Shown here in pieces: positions 11,942 through 23,171 of a stretch of 32,360 nucleotides of DNA; within the stretch, counting starts at the first letter, position 1, and each line of letters starts with the position of its first letter. The position numbers were made by a program, and so were the translations under genes. A model generated the notes under the pieces. It was not told where the DNA came from, ran no database searches, and saw only the letters and a program-made list of their open reading frames with translations. This DNA is from Catajapyx aquilonaris (lineage: Eukaryota), in assembly GCA_000934665.2 (NCBI GenBank), contig JYFJ02004429.1:1-32360 (forward strand), read 5' to 3'.

Positions 11942-12326
11942 AGGCTGTTTGCACTGCCACTGTCGTGGCGTGAATTCGTGCCACATGCAATCTTCGTTTG
12001 GAAAAAGGCAGCCGTTTTGACAATGTCCCATGCCAGGTGCAGGCAGAGTGATCCTCGCCTCGGGCATTTGTGACCACTCAGGGGGTAGGGGAATTTTGGG
12101 TGGTGGGGTGGAAGTTGGGGGGCTTTTGGGTGATAGTGTGGAGGTAGGGGTGCTCCGCGCAGATTTCGTACGCGGATGGCAGGAAAAAGATAGCTCGATT
12201 GCCTTTCCGTGTGGCCTTCTTGCACCCTTCACTCGCACATGAGGCCCCCTAGCGAGAAACGAATGCTATTTTAACTGCGTAGGGTTCGTGTGCTTTGCAG
12301 CACGATGCGAGCAGTGAAAGCAGCTT
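11942..12326. mobile_element. Degenerate PIF/Harbinger-like MITE
   Basis: Imperfect inverted ends AGGCTGTTTGCACTGC / GCAGTGAAAGCAGCTT; GC-rich body in an AT-rich context. Confidence 0.4.
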
Positions 12327-12330
12327 AGAA

Positions 12331-12581
12331 CAGTGCTTCCCAAATTGTGGGTCGCGACCCCATTTGGGGTCGAGAAAATAATATTTGGGGTCGTGAGGGA
12401 GGGTAACATTATTTTCACAAAATGGTGCTATCTTTCTTGAAAATCATGACCATAAGGTATGGTCATTTCACTGTTTACCTGTCTTTTCATGTTGGCGGAT
12501 CGAAATGTGCACATATAGGGGGTCGCAAATTTTACAAAACGATTTTTTTGGGTCGCCAACGAAAGAAATTGGGAAGCACTG
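12331..12581. mobile_element. hAT (Charlie/Buster-like) MITE
   Basis: TIR CAGTGCTTCCCAA / TTGGGAAGCACTG; TSD GCTTAGAA / GCTTAGCA; GGGTCG motifs as in 877-1064. Confidence 0.85.
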
Positions 12582-13246
12582 GCTTAGCAGCTATCACACA
12601 GAAATTATGGCACTTGAAACATGTTGGGGGGGAACGTTTTCATGTGGAAGAAAGATCTGATCATAATATAGCATCACTTGACTCCAACTATGTGATAGGG
12701 AAAACTTCCCAAGCTCTGCAACTAGGCAACTGCCTGGACTTGTTTATGTGACGTTTCACTGGCATTGGGTACAACCAAGTGAACATGCTCTCCAAATAGC
12801 TCACATCCTCCAAAGAGCCTACAATCCCAGCTGACCTGCAATGATCCCTATGATGCCAACTCTGGGCAACATTGTGATTGAAAGAAGGCGTCATTGGGCA
12901 TGTAACATGCAACAACCCAATGAAGTCAGTCTCCCCTCATGTGCAAGAGTCATGTGTACTGCTCTCTGCTTGCCAAATTAGCCAATCGGAGAGACTCCGG
13001 GAGGGTAGGGGGGGGTGGGTGCTAGGTGTGCATAATGTATGCACACCTGTGGAGGCCTTGACTCTGGCTGTTTTTGATAATTTAAAAATTCTTTCATAGA
13101 TACTTTTCAGTAAAAATTCTCATAATTATTCATTAAAACAAACCGTGTGGGACACAAATTGAAAGCTTCAAAAAAAATCATGTTTGCAGATGCAAAGTAA
13201 AAAAAATATTTTTAGAGATGAAATTTTTTTGCCGGTTTCTGCTCAT

Positions 13247-13589
13247 AATAATAATAATAATAATAATTGTTGGGTTAGTGCTCACCCAGAGGGTATTTGC
13301 ACGGACCTTTATTTCAATCGAAGTATACAAGCTGGTGCCATATTCGAAGCGCCCGGGCCCACGGGCAGGATGACAGGAGGGGATGTGCAAGTGCAGTGCG
13401 GTTGCGGTGCTTGGTCGTTTTGTGAACTCCCCCGGGTGGTTTAGTCTGTGGATATACCACCCGAGACGAAGCCAGAGACGACCCCAGAACTCTGCACGAG
13501 ATGAAGGGGGTGTCCCCGGGTTGGGATCGAACCCGGGACCTTAACATCCGTGGGCGCGCACGTTACCGCGGCGCCACTCCGTCTCCCTT
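13247..13589 (-). mobile_element. tRNA-derived SINE, family 1, copy 1
   Basis: Minus-strand head with A box TGGCGCCGCGG and B box GGTTCGATCCC; (TTA)n tail; 15-bp TSD CCGGTTTCTGCTCAT. Confidence 0.9.
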
Positions 13590-13666
13590 CCGGTTTCTGC
13601 TCATCATCAAAGTCATATCCCAATTTCTGTACTGGCTAACCAGGACTTAACTCCTTCAGCCCACTA

Positions 13667-13953
13667 GGGAGGCATGGTGGTCTGGTGGTTACGCCACTGG
13701 CCAGCCAAGTGGGAAGCCGGGGTTCAAATCCCGTCCTCGTCCCCTCTGCTTGGCCGGTTCTTTTTCCGCTTTTCACCCGACATGCCGGGGCAGAATTGCA
13801 CTCTCTACTCTGCCCAGGGCCAGGAGAAAAGGCCTGGTGTTTAAAGAATGTCAGAAATGACTACCGCACAGCCCTCCCTTGGGAACCTCCCCTTCCCCCC
13901 TAAGAGGGCCTCGGGCCCTATCACAGGGTATTTAAAAAAGAAAGAAAAGAAAG
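13667..13953 (+). mobile_element. tRNA-derived SINE, family 2
   Basis: A box TGGTCTGGTGG, B box GGTTCAAATCC; 3' stem-loop AGGGCC-TCG-GGCCCT-ATCACAGGGTA followed by an A-rich tail. Confidence 0.8.
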
Positions 13954-14014
13954 AAATGAGAAAACCTGCAGCGTGCCCCAGTCATACATGCATAGGCGAT
14001 AGCAATATAGCTTA

Positions 14015-14780
14015 ATGACCAAAATGGTGGTGGGGGAGATTGCCTACCCTTCACAGATCGTTTTCATTTTTTCCCCAACGAACAGAAGTCGCAGAATTTC
14101 GGGAATTTTTAAATGGCTCTCAGCTGCACGTCCACTTACCGGGAAATATGGGGCAGGGAGCTGTGTGTATTTAAATTTGTGCAGTAAGTGTTTGTTTCGG
14201 TTTGTTTACAATGAATGAGACCATTGGCCTATGACGTGCCATTAAAAATATCACGCGAGTGGCGTAAATACTCATGGACATAGAAACTATGAACATTTTA
14301 ATAATAATAATTAATAATTCTTGGGTAGTGCCTCACCCTATATAGGGTATGCGGCACGGACCTTTATTGTAACTTATACATAGACCATATTTTTGAAATG
14401 CCCGGGCCCACGGGCAGGCTGACAGGAGGGGATGTGCAAGGTGCATTGCAATGTCTTAATGTGGCCATTTTTAGTGAACTCCCCCGGGTGGTTTAGCCTG
14501 TTGGAAATACCACCCGAGACGAAGCCAAAGGTGACCCTGAACTCTGCACGAGATGAAGGGAGTGTCCCCGGGCTGGGATCGAACCCGGGACCTTCACATC
14601 CATGGGCGCATACGTTACTGCAGCTCCACTCCGCCTCCCCTAACTATGAACATTTCCTAAGGCTATGGTGAAAGAAATTTCTGTTGGTGTTATACCAGTG
14701 AATTTTTAAAAATTATTTTGTTTGGTTGTACTCGTATTATAATACACGTACAACCAAAATGTGCCACGGGAGTCAAAGGG
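14015..14780. mobile_element. piggyBac-like element, second copy (inverted relative to 1418-3214), carrying a SINE
   Basis: Ends CAAAGGG|TTAA at 14780; reverse complement aligns with 1418-1783 plus 2711-2750; left boundary uncertain. Confidence 0.75.
14299..14641 (-). mobile_element. tRNA-derived SINE, family 1, copy 2
   Basis: Homologous to 13247-13589; 14-bp TSD AACTATGAACATTT; absent from the paralogous host copy near 1540. Confidence 0.9.
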
Positions 14781-14855
14781 TTAATATGCATTAAGTGCAG
14801 GTTGTACAAAATTCAGTGTCACACCATAATATGTGAGAGAGAGGGCATCCTACTG

Positions 14856-14857
<2 letters not shown>

Positions 14858-14925
<68 letters not shown>

Positions 14926-14933
14926 AATAATAA
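14858..14933. repeat. (TTA)n/(TAA)n microsatellite
   Basis: About 22 TTA units followed by about 4 TAA units. Confidence 0.95.
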
Positions 14934-15693
14934 TTTTTTACCCCATGATACAACTTTAAGTCGCATCCTACTGCATTAGTCATCTTCATAAAGAAAGAAA
15001 AAACAGCAAATAAACAACTTTCTCAGGAGTCACTGTGCAAAGTTTTGCAAGTCCCTTCCTTCCTCCCATGTTTCTTGTGATATTTCTAGATAGATTGAAG
15101 CAATCACATCAAACACCTCATAGGTAACAAAAGCTAACTTCACAGAATAGGTAAATAACTGGGAAAAGAGGAAATGATGCCTAAGGCTGACTCTTACACT
15201 GTGTTTAAGAATTTTACCACCAATGACTAATCACCCTTGTCACTTCATAAATTCAAGTTGATCTCAGTGCCTCAGTTATTACTCAGTTCTGGGCATTATG
15301 TATCTACATGTGACACCACAATGTAATTATGATGTGCCTTACTATTAACCCTCTCCTTATTCCTGGCCTTGCCCTCTTGCGCCTCTAGTCCTCGACTAAC
15401 CTCATACCTCATACATGTTTCTGGATACAAATTGTGACCAACCCTCTGACTAGGGCGGTTCGATAATAATTGATCTACCTGAGTATGAAAGAGTCGAGAT
15501 GTATACCTGAATTTGCGCAGACAGCTGCATACATGTCTTGGGGTGACTCAATACCAAATAACAGCTCAGTAGGTTGTTTTAGCTGTGAGTGGCAGGATGT
15601 CAGGTGAGAGTACTTGCGTCTCAGCAAAAAGAGTGTTGGGTTTGAGGCATCGTTCAGTGATCGAGTTCCTCACAAAGAGCAGAAGACACCTAT

Positions 15694-17638
15694 GGGCAAT
15701 TCCACGTGAACGTGATCACCTTTTGCACGAAAAAATTTGCCCGTCGATGAGTGTGAGATATGTTTGAGTCCATGTCAAGTTATGACCTTTCCCATAAGGA
15801 TTTGGTCCGCCGATGCGTGGTTGCCTATCTACAGGCGCTAATTGCACTTGGATCACAGTTAGAGGTGCCCCCCTATTACATTTACATGACAATGTAAATG
15901 CATGATGTAAAACATGTTTCATGTGTGAAATTGTCTCCTCTTTCCGACAAAAATAGTCGCTTTCCGATAGCTGTACAAATTCATGTCAAAATGCGACATT
16001 TTTGCAAACAAATGACATTTTCAAAAAAAGAGCCAAAGTCAAATGCCATCACGTTGATATCAAAATACACCTCACAGTGTCCTCTATCAGTGGTACAAGC
16101 GGAATTTTGGAATACGAAATGGTTACGGAGCAATAGGTACTGACGTGGAGCGATGTGCTAGTGGCCACGCCCGCTGAATGAAAATGAGCGGCCCACCTAG
16201 TTCCGTCTTCATGTCTCAGGTAGTGTACGCTTGTCCTTTGCGTTTAATTCACTTAATAATATAGTTCAAAAAAAAATTACCATAGAATAGTAAGAATAAA
16301 TGAAAATTCCCTTGTCATGTTCAACAAAGTTTCAATTTTCACAAGTGTCAAGTGTGTGTTAAAATATGCTTGATTATTTACAATAGAGAAATATGTAGCC
16401 TACTTTTTATTTTTATATTCATTCCTCTATTCGTTCCTAGTCACCGGACAAATGAATGTTCACTGTTGAGACCTGTACGGAATTCCTTGCGGCTCCATAC
16501 ACTATTTCACTAATAATGGAATATATTGCACTCCTGCACCCCTCCACGTCAGTGATTAGAGCTCCGTAACCCTTGCGTATGCCAAAATTCCGTTTGTATA
16601 TGGCTGATAGAGGACACTATGAGGAATTTTTTGACAGCAATGTGATGACTGATGGTATTTAACTTTGGCTTTCGTTTCGAAAATTTCATTTGTTTGCAAA
16701 ATTCTCGCTTTTAGCCATGAATTTGCACATCTGTCAGGAAGTTAGCATTTTTGTGGAAAGGAGGAGACAATTTCACACGTGAAACTTGTATCATATCAAG
16801 CATTTACATTGTCGTGTAAATGTGATCAAAGTACAATTTATGCCTGTAGAGAGGCAACCATGCATCAGGGGACCAAGTTCTTATGCGAAAAGTTCTAACA
16901 TGGACCTAAACATATCTCTTCACACTTTGACACTTATCGATGGCCAGATTTTTTGTGCAAAAGGTGATCACGTTCACGTGGAATTGCCCAGTAGCGGACC
17001 AGATATTTATTTGGAACTATTTCTAGATACCCGGTATATTAAAACTATAACTACATTAACTACATTATTAAGTGAATTAAACACTTAGGACAAGCGTACA
17101 CTACCTGAGACATGAAGACGTACCTAGGTGGGCCGCTCCTTTTCATTCAGCGGGCGTGGCCACTAGCACAGCGCTCACGTCAGTACCTATAGCTCCGTAA
17201 CCATTTCGTATTCCATAATTCCGTTTGTACCACTGATAGAGGACACTGTGAGGTGTATTTTGATATCAATGTGATGACATTTGACTTTGGTTCTTTTTTT
17301 TGAAAATGTCATTTGTTTGCAAAAATGTCGCATTTTGACATGAATTTGGACAGCTATCGGAAAGCGACTATGTTCGTCGGAAAGAGGAGACAATTTCACA
17401 CATGAAACATGTTTTACATCATGCATTTACGTTGTCATGTAAATGTAATAGGGGGGCGCCTCTAACTGTGATCCAAGTGCAATTAGCGCCTGTAGATAGG
17501 CAACCACGCATCGGCGGACCAAATCCTTATGGGAAAGGTCATAACTTGACATGGACAGATGGACTCAAACATATCTCACACTCATCGACGGGCAAATTTT
17601 TTCGTGCAAAAGGTGGTCATGTTCACGTGGAATTGCCC
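15694..17638. mobile_element. Long-TIR DNA element with 4-bp TSD (Sola2-like), non-autonomous
   Basis: CTAT|GGGCAATTCCACGTGAAC...GTTCACGTGGAATTGCCC|CTAT; arms about 15694-16266 and 17058-17638; removal rejoins the mariner coding sequence. GRG termini plus a 4-bp TSD fit Sola2 (inference). Confidence 0.85.
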
Positions 17639-18296
17639 CTATGGAGATCCATGAAAGATTGTGAGCAGTCTATGGTGACGGTGCACCTCTGCCCTACAAG
17701 GTCAAGTTTTGGAGTAAGCAGTTCAAATGGGGCTGGGAGTCTTGAAGATGACTCCCACACAGGCCAGCTGGTGAGTGCATCCTCTGAGGCAATGGGCAGA
17801 AAAGTGGACCGTCGTGTGAAGATTGCCAAAATTGTCCAGGAGTTGGGCACTGCAGCAAGCACAGTTTGGAGAATAATCCATAAACATTTGGGGATGTCCA
17901 AAGTCAGTTCTTGGTAGGTGCGCAGAATGCTCACTCCAATGCAAAAAGCATGCCGCTGCAAGTGCAGTGAGGAGAATTTGGAAGCTCCTTGGAGATGTTG
18001 ACGGGTTTTTCTTTAGACTTGTGATAGGTGACGAAACATGGGGCCATCACTAGTGAGACCTATGCTGTAACTCTGCGGGCTCTACGACAGGCAATTAAGG
18101 AGAAATGTCATGGAAATTTGTCATCAGGAATCCTGCTTCTCCATCACAACACGCCTGTTCACATGTCGTGCAAATCACAGGCCTCCATTTCAGAATGTGG
18201 CTTCCAACAACTGTATCATGCACATTACAGCCCAGACCTGGTCCCCTTGAGGCAAAGTGGAAGAAGTGTGTGGAGGTCAAGGGGGATTGCATTTAA
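17639..18296 (+). pseudogene. Mariner transposase pseudogene (N-terminal piece RHRSVIEFLTK at about 15645-15690)
   Basis: Fragments MEIHERL*AVYGD, SLEDD, STVWRIIHKHLGMSKVSSW*VRRMLT (WVPR-like), IGDETW, LLHHNTPVH, YSPDLVP (YSPDLAP-like), WKKCVEVKGD; stops, frameshifts and deletions present. Confidence 0.9.
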
Positions 18297-18678
18297 AAGT
18301 GATCACATGATTTCAGGAAATGCATTCATTTTCATACTGAGGTAGATAAATTATCTAACCGCCCTCTTGTTGCACCTTAGTCTGGGACTCTCGTAGTCTG
18401 CGCTAATCTTGGTACTGACATGGAGTACCAAGATTTTTCTGAATATGACCTACATTGTCTTAGGAATAAAAATACCTGAGCCTAGTTTCCTATGAATCTC
18501 TTTCAAGTTCACATCCTCCTCTGCTACTGTCAGAAGTAGTGAACCTTTCTCGGATGAAAAAGTGTGTGTTCAGTTTCACACTGGAATGCTTATAGGCAAA
18601 TGCCCTGTGGTAAGTGGTGAATTTGGTGAAATACTGTCAAAGCTCATGCTATTCACCCTCCCTATACTTGTGATAATA

Positions 18679-19052
18679 CAGGGTGTTTCTGAATTCAACT
18701 GAGAAACTTATAGGGGTAATAGAGGGGACCAAGACAAAATATTTCACATAGGAACCAGTGTCCGGAAACACCATCATGGGGGGGTTAATAGGCGAGGAAA
18801 GGGTGCTCTCATACGCTAAGGCAAGGGAAGGTGGCACTGTTTAGGTGCTAGGGGGGGCGCGGTTAGTTTGCAACAGTCCTCGGAAAGTAAACAACAGCTC
18901 AATGATCAAAAACAGAGCTATGACCACAACTTTCGGTGCAAATTAACCCCCTCTAGATGGTGCTTCTGACACAGGTTCCTACGTGAAATATGTTTGCCTT
19001 GGTCCCCTCTATTACCCCTATAAGTTTGTCGGTTGAATTAAGAAACACCCTG
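18679..19052. mobile_element. Tc1/mariner-type MITE
   Basis: TA|CAGGGTGTTTCT...AGAAACACCCTG|TA with inverted arms of about 110 bp. Confidence 0.9.
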
Positions 19053-19765
19053 TATATGAGAACTAGGAAACACAAGTACACCTGTGTTCATGTGCAAGTT
19101 TCTGTTGGATTATTCTTTTCTAGCGAGCAGAAACAATCACTACAATATTCATTATTATCATTGCCCCTTTGCAGTTGATGCATGTAGTCTTGTCATAACT
19201 GGATACTTAAAACCTAGTATAAGAATGGAAACTACTGTAGTTCCAACATAAATATGGTATTAAGTGATATTACCATATCTTTTGCATATTTTCTTTTACC
19301 AAAATCTTTAGTATGGCTGGGCTAATAGGTCCAAGATTTATTAAGGAGGAAGTGAAGTGCCACAATGTCAATATTGTCTATTGGATAGAAATGCCCATAG
19401 TTGATTCTATGGGCTATGTTTTCCCATTTGCAAATGATCAGATGATCCAAATGAAAACCACAATGCTAGAATTAGGTATTCCTGCATTATATACTTGATT
19501 GATTTCATTTGTTCAATTCTAAGCAGGTCAATAGACACCTAGAAGGAACTACTGTAGAATTACAACATTAGAAGAAAGTTCTGTAAGCTGCTTATGCATA
19601 AAATTTTAGAAAGCTATGCCCTGACTCCTCAGGGTCTACAATCAACCCATGAACCTGTCTGGTGGACAATTATTAAGCTAATCTGTAGAAATAAAAGAAA
19701 TAAAAAATGTAGAAATAAATAAGTGTGTTAGTATCACAACTGAATAAGCAAATCTCTCAAGCCAC

Positions 19766-20603
19766 CAGGTTTTTTGGTTGCTAATAATACTTGCAGTTGC
19801 CCAAAGCAAGGAAAAAATCTAAGGGCTATAAATGTCAGGGACCAACCAGTAAGAAGGTACATGACCACACACATTGGCCTGCCCCTAAACATATGTGGCA
19901 ATAAACACAACACCTTTTTGAAGGAAGATTGAAAGATGACCCAGTATACCTGCAGCATTCCTTAGGGAGCAGGATATTGATTGGGTATTCGGCTAACCCC
20001 AGAGGGGTTTTTTGCCAGACCTTTATTGTGATGGTGTACAATTCTGGGAATCCTATTATTGAAGCGCCCGGGCCCACGGGCAGGATGACAGGAGGGGATG
20101 TGCAAGTGCAGTGCATCTGACGTGTGGCCATTTTTAGTGAGCTCCCCCGGGTGGTTTAGTCTGTAGGAAATACCACCCGAGACGAAGCCAGAGGTGACCG
20201 ACCTGCACGAGATGAAGGGGGTGTCCCCGGGCTGGGATCGAACCCGGGACCTTAACATCCGTGGGCGCGCACGTTACCGCGGCGCCACTCCGTCTCCCCT
20301 TAGGGAGCAGGATATGATTGTGATAATTGTGCTGATGAGATTTTGCAAGGTAGCCTTTTTTGCAGTACCGGTATTGATTACTATGGCCCTATCCTGCTCC
20401 CTAGGCAACCACTGTACATGGGTCCAGCTGCCTAATGACATCCCTACAAAAAGTGTAGTGTGTGTTGCCATGTGTGTCAAAGGGCAGGCCAATGTCTCAG
20501 GCCCTCTACCTCATTATCGGCTGGTTCCTTGACATTTCTCCCCCCTACTTTTTTGACTTGTTTTGTTTCAATGGGTATTCTGCCATCTGGTAAGAAACAC
20601 TTG
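19766..20603. mobile_element. Degenerate family A MITE carrying a SINE
   Basis: Family A motifs (GGGACCAACC, ACATTGGCC, AGGGAGCAGGATAT) and right end TAAGAAACACTTG|TA; left end approximate. Confidence 0.7.
19978..20298 (-). mobile_element. tRNA-derived SINE, family 1, copy 3
   Basis: Head nearly identical to copy 1; 17-bp TSD CTTAGGGAGCAGGATAT; almost no TTA tail. Confidence 0.9.
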
Positions 20604-20731
20604 TATATTGCCTGCAAATTTTGTCTGCAGTACTGAAAATGAGAACAATTCCTCTTTGGGTACTGCTTCATTGTATTCCAAGTGCTAGATATAAGACAGT
20701 TTCCTTGTTCTCCAACCACTATCCAATTATA

Positions 20732-21266
20732 CAGGGTGTTTCTTACTAGTAGGTCCAATGATAGTCAGTGTGTTCCTTGGGCCAAAACAAGTCAAAAATG
20801 TAGAGGGGAGAAATGTTGAGGGACCAACCAGTAATGAGGCAGATGACCAGACACATTGGCCTACTCCTACACATATGCAGCAGCAACACAGCACAATTCT
20901 TGTAGGGAGATTCCCTGAAAGGTGAACATATGGTACTTACAGCCGTTGCCTAGGGAACAGGACGTGGGCGTGCAAATCGTTATTGAAAGAGGCGGTCTCA
21001 CAATATACTATCAAGTAATGATTATTATCATGCTTATATCCTGCTCCCTATATGCAACCACTGTATGCCCACCTTTCAGGGAATCTCCCTACAAAGAAGT
21101 GTGCTGTGTGTGTTGCTACATGTATCTAGGGATAGGCCAATGATGTGTCTGGTCATCTGCCTCATTACTGGTTGGTCCTTCAACATTCTCCCCCGTACAT
21201 TTTTGACTTGTTTTGGCCCATGGAACACCCTGACTACCATTGGACCTACTAGTAAGAAACACCCCA
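20732..21266. mobile_element. Family A foldback MITE
   Basis: TA|CAGGGTGTTTCTTACTAGTAGGTCCAATG...CATTGGACCTACTAGTAAGAAACACCC; arms of about 230 bp. Confidence 0.9.
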
Positions 21267-21349
21267 CATCTAAACTGGATGGATATGTTCTGAAATACAA
21301 CATAAGGTTCAGTGCTCCTAGATACGTGCTGTGAGCTATGCCATGAGTA

Positions 21350-21511
21350 CAGTGGTGGACATTAATTGAGGCATGCTGCTAGCGACATTTTCTGAAACGG
21401 CAGAAGAAGGAATCTTGCTCGCCCGGCTTGCACTATCCTTATCTTGATTCCTTCTTCTGCCGCTTCGGAAAATGTCGCTAAGCCGCATGCCTCGATTAAT
21501 GTCCAACACTG
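21350..21511. mobile_element. Short Tc1-like palindromic MITE
   Basis: TA|CAGTGGTGGACATTAAT...ATTAATGTCCAACACTG|TA; arms of about 65 bp. Confidence 0.85.
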
Positions 21512-21534
21512 TACAACTAGATGGAGGGTGTGGT

Positions 21535-22040
21535 CAGGGCTATTCAACTAGTTTATGACAAGGTCCAGTATTTACCTTTCCTGAGCCATTGAAGGTCCGG
21601 ACCCCCCCCCCCCCCTCCCAGGGTAAAGATATGGACTTTACATGGTACCACAGGTTTCATTTTTGAAAATAGAAACATGTGCACAAGGGTAGAAGGGCCT
21701 ATTAAGACAGGACATATTAAGACATTTTCGGCCGTTATGATGTCCTGTACAGGTCTGTAGGCAGAATTTCGAAGGGGGGACCATTCATAAGCACAAGGTG
21801 AACAAGCTGTAAAGGGGGGGTAGGAAGCCCACCGCAGGCGAAATGGGGGGGGGGGGGTTTCAAGGTCACACGAGCTTAGGTGAATGTGGGAGATTTGAAT
21901 GGGTGTGTATTTGCTGAAAGTAGCACTTTTTCCAAAAAAAAAATCATGAATTAGTAATTTCTAATGCTATTTCAAACTGTCCTGTATATTGTCGCGGTCC
22001 GGACAAAATTGCGTCGCGGTCCGCCAATTGAATACCCCTG
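21535..22040. mobile_element. hAT non-autonomous element
   Basis: TIR CAGGGCTATTCAA / TTGAATACCCCTG; imperfect TSD (GGTGTGGT / GTGTAGGT); GGTCCG subterminal repeats. Confidence 0.7.
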
Positions 22041-22159
22041 GTGTAGGTCAAGGAAATAGGAGCATTACCATAACCTGCCAACAACACAAATTTACAGTAT
22101 ATGGAAGAGTTGTGAACTCACTATACAGACCCTGAGATGAAATCTGTAGGTAATACATA

Positions 22160-23171
22160 CAGTGTGTTTCTTGCTGGTATGTCATCCAGTTGGCAAATTA
22201 TTCTTTGGCCCAAAACAAGTCAAAAATGTAGGGGGGAGAAATGTTGAGGGAGCAACTGTTGATGACATAGATGCCGTTGGAGATTTTGGTTCCCCTTAGA
22301 CAAAATTTGACTAAGGGGAACCAAAATCTCCAACGGCAGTTCTGAGTATGTAAATGACTCTCCTGAAAAAAATAAAAAGTGGAGTTAACCGAAGATGATT
22401 CTCAGCCCACGAAATGCTGCCACCCACACAACACGTACCTTTTAAATATAGGGAAGGCGGCAAATGGTTTGACTCCCATTTGTGCAGTGGTTGCCTAAGT
22501 GGCAGGATATGATCCTGATATGGCTGGGCATGAGGTGTCCTTGACAGATCGTGTTAGATTATCCATGCAGACAACTGAATGCATATCTGTGGTCAAACTA
22601 AATGGAAGATCACATTGTGGCATACTTTGGTGAGGTGAAAGCTGCAGCAGAGGGACACCTGCCAGGCTGTCTGCAAGTGTCTCAGATGTAGAGCCCACCT
22701 ATCCGTCCAGCAATAAGGCAGACATGTTGATCATTTGCTCTAAGTAACTTGGCATTCCCATAACTAGTTAAACTAATTTGTCTTCCACTGAACTTCAGTA
22801 CACCTCCTTCCATTTAATTTGACCATAGATGCAATAAGTGCAGTCTGTGCAGGATAAACTAAAGGGATCTGGCAAGGTCACCTCATGCCCAACCATCAAT
22901 ATTGGGATCATATCTTACCATTAAATGGTAAGATATGATCCCAATATTGATGGCTACCACTGCACTAGCAGGTGTAGAACTGTTTGCCCCCTCTGTACAG
23001 AAAAGCTGCTGGGTGGATAGCAGCATTTGTCTAAGAGGGAAAACAAATCTCCATCATTGTCTATGTTGTCAATGGTTGTTCCCTCGACATTTTGCACCCC
23101 TACATTTTTTATTTGCTTTGGGCCAAGGAATTCACTGCCAACTGGATGACATGCTCCTAAGAAACACCATG
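22160..23171. mobile_element. Family A-related MITE with expanded interior
   Basis: Inverted ends GTGTTTCTT..ATGTCATCCAGTTGGCA / TGCCAACTGGATGACAT..AAGAAACAC, TA flanks; contains two near-perfect palindromes. Confidence 0.7.

Larger units (their letters stand above)
15451..18366 (+). mobile_element. Decayed mariner (DD34D-type) transposon, interrupted by a 1.9-kb insertion
   Basis: TIR AGGGCGGTT.GATAAT...ATCTACCT.AGTATGAAA at both ends; transposase remnants on either side of the insertion. Confidence 0.9.

Noticed and set aside
13340..13430. HDV-like ribozyme in the SINE core (CCCCTCCTG...GCCCGTGGGCCCGGGC)
   Set aside because: A candidate P1 (GGCCAC) is missing in copy 1 and no P2 or J4/2 could be placed; a simple GCCCG/CGGGC hairpin explains it.
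13510..13740. A box/B box sequences as tRNA genes
   Set aside because: No complete cloverleaf or T-run terminator; they continue into SINE bodies with retroposon tails.
14718..14924. Poly-Tyr ORF
   Set aside because: Translation of the (TTA)n microsatellite.
17402..17917. 171-aa ORF as a novel fusion gene
   Set aside because: Chimeric read-through from the Sola2-like TIR into frameshifted mariner remnants; the same peptide recurs in the opposite arm only because of the inverted repeat.
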